From: Myxococcales bacterium
Lineage (GTDB): Bacteria; Myxococcota_A; Polyangia; Polyangiales; Polyangiaceae
DNA length: 64,000 bases
Direction: 5' to 3'
Assembly: GCA_043747615.1 (NCBI GenBank)
Contig: JAYTOU010000046.1
Span: forward strand, 1-64,000
Position numbers and translations under genes: made by a program. The notes below the pieces were generated by a model, which ran no database searches, was not told the DNA's origin, and worked only from the letters and a program-made list of their open reading frames with translations. Positions 1-9,154 of this stretch are shown piece by piece; positions within the stretch are counted from its first letter, which is position 1; every line of letters starts with the position of its first letter.

Positions 1-1
1 G

Positions 2-766
2 AAGATGCTGAACCAGGTCGTCCTGGACATGAACACCCAGCTCGTCGAAGCGAAGAAGCAGGTCGCCGCTTCGATCGCGGACGAGAAGCGGCTCGCCAAG
101 CAGACGGAACAAGAGACGGCCAACGCAGCGGAGTGGGAGCGTCGCGCGATGATGGCCCTGCGCGCCGGCAACGAGGAGCTCGCGAAGGAGGCGCTCGCCC
201 GAAAGAAGGAGCACGACGCCCTCGCAGTCACCTTCAAAGATCAGTGGGCGAAGCAGAAGGCGGCTGTTGATCAGCTCAAAAAAGCCCTGCGGATGCTGAA
301 CGACAAGATCGAAGAGGCGAAGCGGAAAAAGAACGTCCTCGTCGCGCGGAAGAAGCGCGCCGAAGCACAGAAGGCAATCCAGGAGACCATGAGCGGTCTC
401 AAGGATCAGAGCGCCTTCGAAACCTTCGAGCGCATGGCGGGCAAGATCGACCAGCTTGAAGCGGAGGCCGAGGCGGGGGCTGAGCTCGCCGAGGAGTACT
501 CGGGCGACGTTCTCGCGTCTCAGTTCGCGAACCTCGAGAAGACGGCCGGCGCGGACGACGATCTCCTCGCGCTGAAACGGAAGATGGGGCTCGCTCCGGC
601 GGAGGAAGCCCCCGCGCCCGAAAAAGCAGTCGTGCAGGCGCGCGTCGAAGCGACGGCAGGTCCCGCGGCAGCGCACAGCACCGCGGAGCAAGAAGAGCTC
701 GCTGCGGCCCTCGAAGAAATGGAACAAGAGGCAACGCAAGGCGAACAGCGAAAAGCTGGGCGCTGA
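2..766 (+). CDS. pspA: PspA/IM30 family protein (5' truncated by the window edge)
   Basis: Coiled-coil protein starting (K)MLNQVVLDM, the segment after EDPEK in PspA; AMMALRAGNEELAKEAL and AFETFERM..KI motifs; frame open to the window start. Confidence 0.9.
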   Translation, partial: KMLNQVVLDMNTQLVEAKKQVAASIADEKRLAKQTEQETANAAEWERRAMMALRAGNEELAKEALARKKEHDALAVTFKDQWAKQKAAVDQLKKALRMLNDKIEEAKRKKNVLVARKKRAEAQKAIQETMSGLKDQSAFETFERMAGKIDQLEAEAEAGAELAEEYSGDVLASQFANLEKTAGADDDLLALKRKMGLAPAEEAPAPEKAVVQARVEATAGPAAAHSTAEQEELAAALEEMEQEATQGEQRKAGR

Positions 767-771
767 GTCGC

Positions 772-3597
772 GTGCCCGCATCGCTACCGACGAAGAAAAA
801 TATTTTCCACGCCGAGCCCATCGAGGCGCTCCTCGCTCGAGTCATCACCGACTCGGCGAAGGGCCTCACCTCGGCCGAAGCGCAAACGAGGCTCGCCCAG
901 CAGGGACGGAATGAGCTTCCGCCGGCGGCAAAACCGAGCGCGCTGAAGCGTCTCCTCGCCCAGTTCTCGAACCCCATCGTCCTCACTTTGCTCGCAGCGG
1001 CGGCCATCGCTATCTACGACGGGGCCCGCAGGGTCGAAGAGCCGACGCTGGTCCGCTTCGGCGACGCCATCGCCATCCTCCTCATCGTCACCCTCAACGC
1101 GGTGCTCGGCTACTACCAAGAGGCGCGTGCAGAGGCTGCTCTCGATGCGCTGCAAAAAATGCAGACGCCCGCCGCCCGCGTCCGGCGTGACGATCAGATA
1201 GACACCATCAAGGCTTCCGAGCTCGTGACCGGCGACGTCCTCGAGCTCGAAGCAGGAGACGCCGTCCCCGCCGATGCGCGCCTTCTGCAGACGATCGATC
1301 TTGCGGTCGAAGAAGCCTCGCTCACCGGCGAGTCCGCTGCGTCGGGCAAAGACGCGCGCTCCATCGTCGCGGAAGATGCGACGCTCGGGGATCGCCTTAA
1401 CATGCTCTTCGTCGGAACGAGCGTCGTCCGCGGCAAAGGTCGGGCTGTGGTCGTGGCGACGGGGCCGCGCACCGAGCTCGGTCGCTTGAACGAGCTCATT
1501 CAAGGCGGCGGCGACCGGAAGACGCCCCTCGAAGACAAGCTCGACGTGTTTGGAAAACGGATCCTGTGGTCCTGCCTCGTCCTTTCGGCGCTCCTCTTCG
1601 CCCGCGGGATGATGAAGGGTGATCGCAACTGGCACGAGCTGCTCCTCGAAGCGGTAAGCCTCGCGGTCGCCGCCATTCCCGAAGGGCTGCCGGCGATCAC
1701 GACCATCACCCTCGCCCTTGGGATGCAGCGGATGGCAAAGCACGGAGCCATCATCCGAAAGCTCGCGGCCGTGGAGACGCTCGGCGCGGCGACGGTGATT
1801 TGCTCCGACAAGACGGGGACGCTCACCCAGAATCAGATGACGGTGCGCGAGGTGTACGCCGGCTCCGTCGCCTACAAAGTAACGGGCATCGGCTACGATC
1901 CAACGGGCGACGTCCTCGATGCCGCGGGAGCGCCGGTCGAGACACCAAGCAAGCCTCTCCGCCATCTTCTGAAAACAGTTGCACTCTGCAATAATGCGCG
2001 TATCGAGCTCGTGGCGGGCGCGAAAGAGAAAGACGGCACGTGGCGGGCGATCGGGGATCCGACGGAGGCGGCGCTCCTGACGCTCTCGGCGAAGGGTGGC
2101 CTGCCGAGGGAGTCGGTCACCGGCGCGAACCTGCTCCTGCAGGAGCTTCCGTTCGACAGCGATCGCAAGCGGATGACGATCGTCACGCTCGACGAAAAAG
2201 GGCGCGAGGTAGTTCATACCAAGGGAAGCTTCGACGTTCTTCTCCCGCTCTGCGCGACGCTCGAGACGGATGACGGCGTGATGCCGCTCGACGACGCGCG
2301 ACGCCTTCAAATCTCTGCGGAGGCCGAGCGTATGAGCACCGCGTCTCTACGGGTCATTGCCGTTGCCCGCCGCATTTTCGCCGACAATGGAGCGGCGAAA
2401 GGACGGACCGAAGAAGAACGTCCGAGCGCTGAGCTCGAGCGGCAGCTCACGTTTCTCGGTCTAGTGGGGATGATCGATCCCCCGCGTCAGGGCGTGAAAG
2501 AAGCGATCCAAGCGTGCGCCGACGCGCAGGTGCGTGCGGTGATGATCACCGGAGATCACAAGCTCACCGCCATAGCCATCGCCCGCGAGCTCGGGCTGTG
2601 GGACGAAGGCGCTATTGCTCTCAGCGGCTCGGAGCTCGAGAAGCTCGATGACGCGGCACTCGCGGCGCGGGTAGACAGCGTTCGTGTTTTCGCCCGGGTC
2701 ACCGCGGAGCAGAAGCTGCGCATCGTGCGCGCGTTCAAGGCATGCGGCCACGTGGTGGCCATGACCGGTGACGGCGTAAACGACGCCCCCGCGCTCCGCG
2801 AAGCCCACATCGGAGTGGCCATGGGAAAGGACGGCACCGACGTCGCGCGCCAAGCAGCAGACATGGTGATCGCCGACGACAACTTCGCGACCATCGTCGA
2901 AGCGGTGCGCGAAGGGCGGGCCATCTACCGCAACATCCAGAAGTTCATCTTCTTCCTTCTGTCATCGAACGCCGGCCTTCTCGTAGCCGTGTTCGTGGCG
3001 TCGTTCATGGACGTCCCTCCCCTCACCCCGCTGATGATCCTGTGGATCAACCTGGTCACCAACGGGCTGCCCGCGCTCGCGCTCGGAATCGACCCGCCCG
3101 ATCCCACGCAGATGACCGAGCCTCCGCGGAAGGCAAATACAGGCCTCTTGCTCGCGCGCGAATACCTCGGCATCGCGGCGGTCGGCGTGTGGATGGGGGG
3201 CGCGGGGCTCCTGTGTTACCTCTGGCCTTGGGGCCAGATCGGCGGCCCGACGCTCTTCGAAGAGCGCTCCGTCGCCTTCTCACTCCTCGCGCTCAGTCCA
3301 CTCTTTCATGCGTTCAACTGTCGGTCACCGACGGCCTCGATGTTCGCGCTGAAGCCGTTCATCTCGAAGCCGCTCGTGCTCGCCGTTTTTTTGAGCGGCG
3401 CGATTCATCTCGTGTCGGTGCTCTTCCCCAGCCTCCGTCCGGTGTTTCGTACCTTCGCGCTCACCCCGCGCGAGTGGGTGATCATGCTCCTTCTCTCCGC
3501 GTCGATCATTCCCGTCATCGAGCTCCTGAAGCTTCTGCAGCGTGCGGGTCTCGTGGGGAAGAATCTGGGACCCATGTCGCGTCGCCGCGCGACGTAG
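772..3597 (+). CDS. Cation-translocating P-type ATPase (type IIA, Ca2+-like)
   Basis: TGES, IPEGL, phosphorylation motif DKTGTLT, MITGD, TGDGVNDAPAL, LWINLVTNG; multiple TM segments. Confidence 0.95.
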   Translation: MPASLPTKKNIFHAEPIEALLARVITDSAKGLTSAEAQTRLAQQGRNELPPAAKPSALKRLLAQFSNPIVLTLLAAAAIAIYDGARRVEEPTLVRFGDAIAILLIVTLNAVLGYYQEARAEAALDALQKMQTPAARVRRDDQIDTIKASELVTGDVLELEAGDAVPADARLLQTIDLAVEEASLTGESAASGKDARSIVAEDATLGDRLNMLFVGTSVVRGKGRAVVVATGPRTELGRLNELIQGGGDRKTPLEDKLDVFGKRILWSCLVLSALLFARGMMKGDRNWHELLLEAVSLAVAAIPEGLPAITTITLALGMQRMAKHGAIIRKLAAVETLGAATVICSDKTGTLTQNQMTVREVYAGSVAYKVTGIGYDPTGDVLDAAGAPVETPSKPLRHLLKTVALCNNARIELVAGAKEKDGTWRAIGDPTEAALLTLSAKGGLPRESVTGANLLLQELPFDSDRKRMTIVTLDEKGREVVHTKGSFDVLLPLCATLETDDGVMPLDDARRLQISAEAERMSTASLRVIAVARRIFADNGAAKGRTEEERPSAELERQLTFLGLVGMIDPPRQGVKEAIQACADAQVRAVMITGDHKLTAIAIARELGLWDEGAIALSGSELEKLDDAALAARVDSVRVFARVTAEQKLRIVRAFKACGHVVAMTGDGVNDAPALREAHIGVAMGKDGTDVARQAADMVIADDNFATIVEAVREGRAIYRNIQKFIFFLLSSNAGLLVAVFVASFMDVPPLTPLMILWINLVTNGLPALALGIDPPDPTQMTEPPRKANTGLLLAREYLGIAAVGVWMGGAGLLCYLWPWGQIGGPTLFEERSVAFSLLALSPLFHAFNCRSPTASMFALKPFISKPLVLAVFLSGAIHLVSVLFPSLRPVFRTFALTPREWVIMLLLSASIIPVIELLKLLQRAGLVGKNLGPMSRRRAT

Positions 3598-3738
3598 ACT
3601 CAGGCGGTGCCGAAAGCGCCACTTCGCCGGCGGGGACAGGACGCGCGAGCGTACTAGATGATCTCCGCGCTCGTGCGAGCTGGAACGTTCTGATGAGGCG
3701 ACGACGCCGCGCGCTCGGTTCGGCTAGTCTCGGAGCCC

Positions 3739-5793
3739 ATGCGTCTTCTCATCCTCAGTCTCTTCTTCGTCGTCGCCTGCGGCGGGGCGCAGCCAGCCGT
3801 GCCCAGAGCCGGAGATAAACCGGCGGGAGACGCGCACGGATCGATAGGCGCCGAAGCTCTCTCGCAAGGCGGGCTCACGTCGCTCGGGCAACCAGGCGGC
3901 TCGGGGTCGGCGCTCGTCGCGGGTTCGTTCAAGGCCGACCTTCTCGAAAAAGAATCGCCCGTGAAGCTCGACGGCGTGATTCAAGAATGGCCCGCGCTTT
4001 CGGCGGCAACGCAGGTCGTGAAGGAGAGCGCCGGGAAAGTCGGCTTCAACGTCGGGCTCCAATACGACGACACGAAGCTCTACCTCGCGGGAGAAGTTAC
4101 CTCCGCGCATTTCGCTCAAGGCGCGGACCACGCGTCACTCGTGCTTGCATTTCCGAGCGGCGGCGCGGGCGGCCTCAGTGTTCACGAAATCGCGTTTTAC
4201 CCTGGAAAACCGGGGGAAACGGCGGGCGACGTCCGATTCGCAACGGGCGCGCAGAAAGGTCGCTCCGTGCCGGGCGCGAAGATCGTCGAAGCGCCTTCGG
4301 CGAGCGGGCTCACCTTCGAAGCGGTCCTTCCGTGGAGCACTTTCCCAGAGGCGCGCCTCGTTCGCGTCGGAATCCGAGGCGTCGCGCGGTACTACGACGG
4401 CGCCGGCTCCACCATCCTCGCCACGGGCCCGGGGGACGCGACGACGCCGGCGCTCCTTCCCTCGCTCCCCACCGAGTCCGAGCAATCGCTCATCCAAGGC
4501 CTTCTCGCTCCGAAAAACATCACCGCCCAGGCTCCCAAAGTGGACGTGCTGGCCGACGTCGCGGGCGACGCGATGAAGGAGCGCATCTCGGTCTTCGACC
4601 ACTACTTCACGATCGTGGGGCCCGGTTACCGCGGCGGAAAAGAATTCTTCTACCGCGATCTCGGCGCGGAGATCGTGCGTTTGGATGCGCGCGACGTGAC
4701 CGGGCGGGGCAAAGACGATCTCGTTCTCCGCCGGCGCTTCACCACACCGAACGGCACGCGCGAATCATTCGAGGTGTGGAGCTGCCTCGGCACGGACGAG
4801 CCCACGACTACCTTCGCGCACGAGATTGCCATCGTGAGCGCAGGCAAGCACGTCGACAACGCCGTCCACGTTGCCCAAAAAGACATCGAGGTTTCAATCG
4901 AGCCTGCCGCTGGCTGGGATGCAGCGAGCTACCACGAGCCCACCGCGACGGACTTCGATCCAATCTTGCTCCCCTGGGCCATCGTGCGCTCCGAGTCGTT
5001 CCATTTCGACGGGACCCGCTTCACGAAATCAAAAGTCGTCACCCAGGCTGCCGTGGGTGGACCTCCTGCGGCGCTCGTTCCCCGCGCGGAGATCACGACG
5101 AAGCAAGCCGACCCGCCGACCCCTGCGCAGCAAAAAGGAGGCGACCTCTCGAAGCAACTCCTGGAGCAATACCGTCGCGATCACGCGGTCGGCGCCGACG
5201 TGCAGCCGCGCACCGATCTGCAAGTGCACGTCGACGGAGATGCACGACCCGAGCGCGTGGTGCTCATCGGACGCGACGTGGTGGTCTTCGGCCCGGGCTT
5301 CAAGGGCGGCACCACGTACGCGTTCCTCACCTTGCAGCAGTTCGCCGATGCCGCCGACATCAAAGACCTCGTTGCCCGCGATCTCAACGGAGATGGCGCT
5401 GCGGATTTGATCGTGCGCGGGGTTCGTCACGTCGTCGCCCAGGCGGGCGATGCGAAGGCCGGACAAAAAAATCCGACCGCGAGCGTCGATATGGAAGTCA
5501 CCTTCGTCTACGAGCTGAGAGCGGGAAACATCACCCGCGTCTTCAGCGTGGAGACCGCGCGCGAGCAAGGAGCCAAGCGCGTTCAAGGGCTCGTGCAGTT
5601 CATCCCGGCAAAATCCGGAAAGAGCTTCGAGATCGACGTCCGCCCCGGGCGCGCGGTGGGTTGGACGGAGCAGACCTACCCGTGGTCGCAAGAGCAACCA
5701 GGCAGCGGCGCGCTCGAACCGTTGCTACTTCCGTGGGGCGGAATTCCGAGCCTCCATTACGTGTGGAACGGCACGCTCTTCGCGAAGCCGTAA
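3739..5793 (+). CDS. Lipoprotein with N-terminal DOMON/CBM9-like domain and two C-terminal repeats carrying DxxGDG loops
   Basis: Lipobox FFVVAC; KLDG...EW, YDDTKLYL and FEAVLPW resemble CBM9-like sugar-binding domains; duplicated C-terminal domain visible by eye. Confidence 0.65.
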   Translation: MRLLILSLFFVVACGGAQPAVPRAGDKPAGDAHGSIGAEALSQGGLTSLGQPGGSGSALVAGSFKADLLEKESPVKLDGVIQEWPALSAATQVVKESAGKVGFNVGLQYDDTKLYLAGEVTSAHFAQGADHASLVLAFPSGGAGGLSVHEIAFYPGKPGETAGDVRFATGAQKGRSVPGAKIVEAPSASGLTFEAVLPWSTFPEARLVRVGIRGVARYYDGAGSTILATGPGDATTPALLPSLPTESEQSLIQGLLAPKNITAQAPKVDVLADVAGDAMKERISVFDHYFTIVGPGYRGGKEFFYRDLGAEIVRLDARDVTGRGKDDLVLRRRFTTPNGTRESFEVWSCLGTDEPTTTFAHEIAIVSAGKHVDNAVHVAQKDIEVSIEPAAGWDAASYHEPTATDFDPILLPWAIVRSESFHFDGTRFTKSKVVTQAAVGGPPAALVPRAEITTKQADPPTPAQQKGGDLSKQLLEQYRRDHAVGADVQPRTDLQVHVDGDARPERVVLIGRDVVVFGPGFKGGTTYAFLTLQQFADAADIKDLVARDLNGDGAADLIVRGVRHVVAQAGDAKAGQKNPTASVDMEVTFVYELRAGNITRVFSVETAREQGAKRVQGLVQFIPAKSGKSFEIDVRPGRAVGWTEQTYPWSQEQPGSGALEPLLLPWGGIPSLHYVWNGTLFAKP

Positions 5794-5807
5794 GGCACGA
5801 GGAGCTG

Positions 5808-7394
5808 TCACTTCTTGAGGAACGGATCCTTGAATTCGTCGACGTTGGGCCTCCCGGTCGGAGGGTTTGCCGCCGGTTTCACGGGGGGCTTGGTTGGAAC
5901 GAAGATCGGCGCGAGCTTCACGAAGGGCTTGAGCTCGCTTCCGTCGAGCTTGACGGTCTGCGCAACGTAGCCCTGACGGGTCACGTGGATTTCGATCGGC
6001 GGATCGCCGGCGGCGATGGTCAGCGCGACGGGCTGCGTGCCAAGATCTTTTCCATTCCGGGTCAGCTGCGCGTCGCGTGGCTCGACGGCGAGCAGAATGA
6101 GCTGCGTCGCGGGGACGGCCACGGGGACGGACGCAGGAGGCGCGGCAGTGGGAATGTAAGGCACGACCACGGGCGCATGGGCCTGCGTGCTGGTAATCGA
6201 GATGATCGCTGCGAGGATGAGCACACAGAGCGCCGTCACCACCGTTCCGATGAGCGCATAAAGAGGCCAGCGCGGAGCGGCCTTGCGCGGAGGCTGCCCC
6301 GGAACGGCGAAGGGCATCGCGGGCGTCCGAAAATAATCCGCCGGGACGTTGAACCCACCGGAGCGCGCCATCATCTCGTCGATCGCCCGGGGAAGCGCAC
6401 CGTTCTCGAGGAGCGCGAAGTCCTCGACCAGCTCGTCCATGTTCGCGTAGCGCCCGTCGGCCTTTTTCGAGAGGCACTTCAGAATGATCGCATCCAGACC
6501 AGGCGGCATGTCCGCCTGTGGCTGCGGCACGAGCGCGCGGATGGGAACGGGCGCCTTGTACATGTGCTGCGTCAGGATCCCCATGAAGTTGTCGGCGTCG
6601 AAGGGCACTTTGCCCGCCGCCATTTCGTAGAGGATGACTCCGAGCGCGTAGATGTCCGTACGCTGATCGACCTGGCCACCCGCAGCTTGCTCCGGGGACA
6701 TGTAATGCGGCGTCCCGAAGACGCTACCCGCGCGGGTGATCCGCGACGCTTCGCCGCCGACCTTGGCGATCCCGAAATCAAGGACCTTCACGAAGTCCTT
6801 GTCGACTCCGCGGTTGATGAGGATCACGTTGTCCGGCTTGAGATCGCGATGGACGATCCCCGCGGTGTGGGCGGCGCTGAGACCCTGAGCGATCTGTTTG
6901 GCGATGTGGACGAGGCGCCCGATCTTCATGGGACGATCGGTTTGCATGGCCTCGCCGAGGCCGACGCCGTTGAGGTACTCCATGACGAAATACGTCTCGC
7001 CGCCGGGAAGGCTCCCGAAGTCGGAGATGTCTACGATGTGCGGGTTACCGATGCTCGAGGCGGCCTTCGCTTCCTGAAGAAAGCGATCCGTCATCTCTTT
7101 GTCGCGAGCCATCTCGCCTCGGAGAATTTTGATCGCCACCTTCTTGCCGATGACCTTGTGCTTCCCGCGATAAACGACCCCCATCCCACCTTCGCCGAGG
7201 ATCGCGTCGATGACGTACCGACCATCGAGCGTCTTGCCGATCATGGGATCCGCTGCGGGCTGTACAGGCACGGCCGCCGTCTCCGACAACGCAAGGTTAC
7301 TCTCGAGGGGGAACTCCGCCGTCTCGGCCAGTTCGCCAATGTCTCGCTCCGAGTCTACGGAAGCGAGGGTTCTCTTCTCGCGGTCATCGTCCAT
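5808..7394 (-). CDS. Membrane Ser/Thr protein kinase with periplasmic PEGA-like domain
   Basis: GEGGMG, VAIK, HRDLKPDN, DFG, GTPHYMSPE; one TM; PEGA-like segment; Pro-rich tail ending KDPFLKK. ATG 7394 preferred over the ORF-track start at 7430. Confidence 0.93.
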   Translation of the reverse strand: MDDDREKRTLASVDSERDIGELAETAEFPLESNLALSETAAVPVQPAADPMIGKTLDGRYVIDAILGEGGMGVVYRGKHKVIGKKVAIKILRGEMARDKEMTDRFLQEAKAASSIGNPHIVDISDFGSLPGGETYFVMEYLNGVGLGEAMQTDRPMKIGRLVHIAKQIAQGLSAAHTAGIVHRDLKPDNVILINRGVDKDFVKVLDFGIAKVGGEASRITRAGSVFGTPHYMSPEQAAGGQVDQRTDIYALGVILYEMAAGKVPFDADNFMGILTQHMYKAPVPIRALVPQPQADMPPGLDAIILKCLSKKADGRYANMDELVEDFALLENGALPRAIDEMMARSGGFNVPADYFRTPAMPFAVPGQPPRKAAPRWPLYALIGTVVTALCVLILAAIISITSTQAHAPVVVPYIPTAAPPASVPVAVPATQLILLAVEPRDAQLTRNGKDLGTQPVALTIAAGDPPIEIHVTRQGYVAQTVKLDGSELKPFVKLAPIFVPTKPPVKPAANPPTGRPNVDEFKDPFLKK

Positions 7395-7517
7395 GTTGCC
7401 TCGAAATAATAGGCTCGAACCACCGCGCAAGGCGGCATTTCCGGCATGCGTCGCGTCATTTTGTGCGCCGCTGTGGGCGGTCAGCTGCGGACTCGTGGTA
7501 GGAAGCCGCTAGGTCCG

Positions 7518-9068
7518 ATGGGATACCCGCTCCAGCTCGCGTTTCGGTACATGAACTCCAGGAAACGCGCGTTCATCTCCGTGGGGACGGCGTTCGCCAT
7601 GTTGGGCGTGACCCTCGGCGTCGCCGCCCTGGCGATCGTGATGAGCGTGACCGGCGGCTTCCAGGAGCAATTCCGCGAGAAGGTCCTCGGCGTGAACGCC
7701 CATGTCCTCGTCCTCAAGTACTCGATCGACTTCCGCGAGTACCGAGACGTGATGAAGAAAGTGGAGCACGTCAAAGGCGTTATCGGCGTCGCGCCGTTCG
7801 TGATCAATCCGATGATGGTGACGCATGGAGATCGCACGGCGACCGGCGTGCTCTTGAAAGGTGTCGATCCCGAGCAGATGCCAAAGGTGCTCGATCTGCC
7901 GAAGCACATCGTGGAAGGAAACCTCATCGGTCTCCGAAAAGAGGGAGCAAAGCCGCCCGAGCACGCCTACGACAGCTTCCGGCCGGAGCGCGAGCGTCAC
8001 GGGTCGGCGGGTACCTCCCTCGATGCCGTCGATGCGGGTCACAAGTCGTTCCTCGATGCGGTTCGTGACGAGATCAAGAAAGACGACGAGCGCGCAGCGA
8101 TCGGTGACGCGGGCGCGATCGACCTCGGCGTGAAGGCCCTTGCGGCGGGCTTCCCCCTCGGCAGCGTGACGCCGGACGGAGGCTTCGCCAGCCAGCTCCC
8201 CGAAGAAGACAACATCCCCGACGCGGTCGATCCCGATCCTTGCAAGAGCACCGACCAGGTCCTCAAGATGCCGGGCGTCGTCCTTGGGCGAACGCTCGGC
8301 AAGCAGCTTGGCGTGGGCATTGGCGACTGCGTGCAGATCACCTCCCCGACCATCGGGATCTCCTTCGGTGCCAGCGGATCGCGGCCCCCGATCGCCAAAC
8401 AATTTCGAGTCATCGCCCTCTTCGAGGCGGGCTTTGATCAATACGACTCGAAGCTCGTCTACACCGACCTCTACGAGGCTCAGGCCTTTTACGAGCAGGG
8501 CGACAGTGTGACCGGCGTGGAGATGAAGGTCGACGACATCGATCGCGCAGCGGCTATTTCCAAGGAGATCGAGAAGCTTCTCAACAACAGCGTGTACCAC
8601 ACGATGGACTGGAAAGAGCTTAACCACGGCCTCTTCACGGCCCTCCTGATTCAGCAGATCGGGATGAGCGTGGTCCTGGCGCTGATCATCGTGGTCGCAG
8701 CGTTCACGGTCATCGCCACGCTGATCATGGTGGTGCTCGACAAGAAAAAAGAGATCGCCCTCTTGAAGGCCCTCGGGGCCAAGGACGACGCTCTCCTCAG
8801 AGTCTTCCTCTACCAAGGAGCGATCATCGGCTTCGTGGGAACGGCGCTCGGCCTTGCGCTTGGCGTCGTCTGCTGCAAGGGGCTCCTCGCGTACGGGTTT
8901 CCGCTCGATCCAAAGGTGTATTTCATCTCCAAATTGCCGGTGAACGTGCGCCCACAGGAGTTCATCATCACGGGCGTTTTCGCGATCATCATCTGTCTCT
9001 TGGCAACGATCTTCCCCGCCCTCTACGCGGCGCGTCTGCGTCCTTCGGACGGACTTCGAGCGGAGTAG
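7518..9068 (+). CDS. lolC: Lipoprotein-releasing ABC transporter permease LolC/E family
   Basis: LAFRYM, GVTLGVAALAIVMSVTGGF, DWKELN, KKKEIALLKALGA, VYFISKLP, ATIFPA..AARL; 4-TM FtsX/LolC architecture. Confidence 0.88.
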   Translation: MGYPLQLAFRYMNSRKRAFISVGTAFAMLGVTLGVAALAIVMSVTGGFQEQFREKVLGVNAHVLVLKYSIDFREYRDVMKKVEHVKGVIGVAPFVINPMMVTHGDRTATGVLLKGVDPEQMPKVLDLPKHIVEGNLIGLRKEGAKPPEHAYDSFRPERERHGSAGTSLDAVDAGHKSFLDAVRDEIKKDDERAAIGDAGAIDLGVKALAAGFPLGSVTPDGGFASQLPEEDNIPDAVDPDPCKSTDQVLKMPGVVLGRTLGKQLGVGIGDCVQITSPTIGISFGASGSRPPIAKQFRVIALFEAGFDQYDSKLVYTDLYEAQAFYEQGDSVTGVEMKVDDIDRAAAISKEIEKLLNNSVYHTMDWKELNHGLFTALLIQQIGMSVVLALIIVVAAFTVIATLIMVVLDKKKEIALLKALGAKDDALLRVFLYQGAIIGFVGTALGLALGVVCCKGLLAYGFPLDPKVYFISKLPVNVRPQEFIITGVFAIIICLLATIFPALYAARLRPSDGLRAE

Positions 9069-9114
9069 AGCCCACACACCGGCGAGACCCGCTGCATCAA
9101 GACCGTTTCGCCGG

Positions 9115-9142
9115 TTGACCCGGCGTTTGACACAGGTAACCT
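9115..9142 (+). promoter_or_regulatory. Putative sigma70-type promoter (TTGACC-N16-TAACCT)
   Basis: -35-like hexamer at 9115-9120 and -10-like hexamer at 9137-9142, 12 nt before ATG 9155. Confidence 0.5.
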
Positions 9143-9154
9143 CGCAGTTTCCCA

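Noticed and set aside
3987..7409. 1140-aa + strand ORF
   Set aside because: Arg-rich, motif-free shadow frame overlapping the lipoprotein and antisense to the kinase; expected in high-GC DNA.
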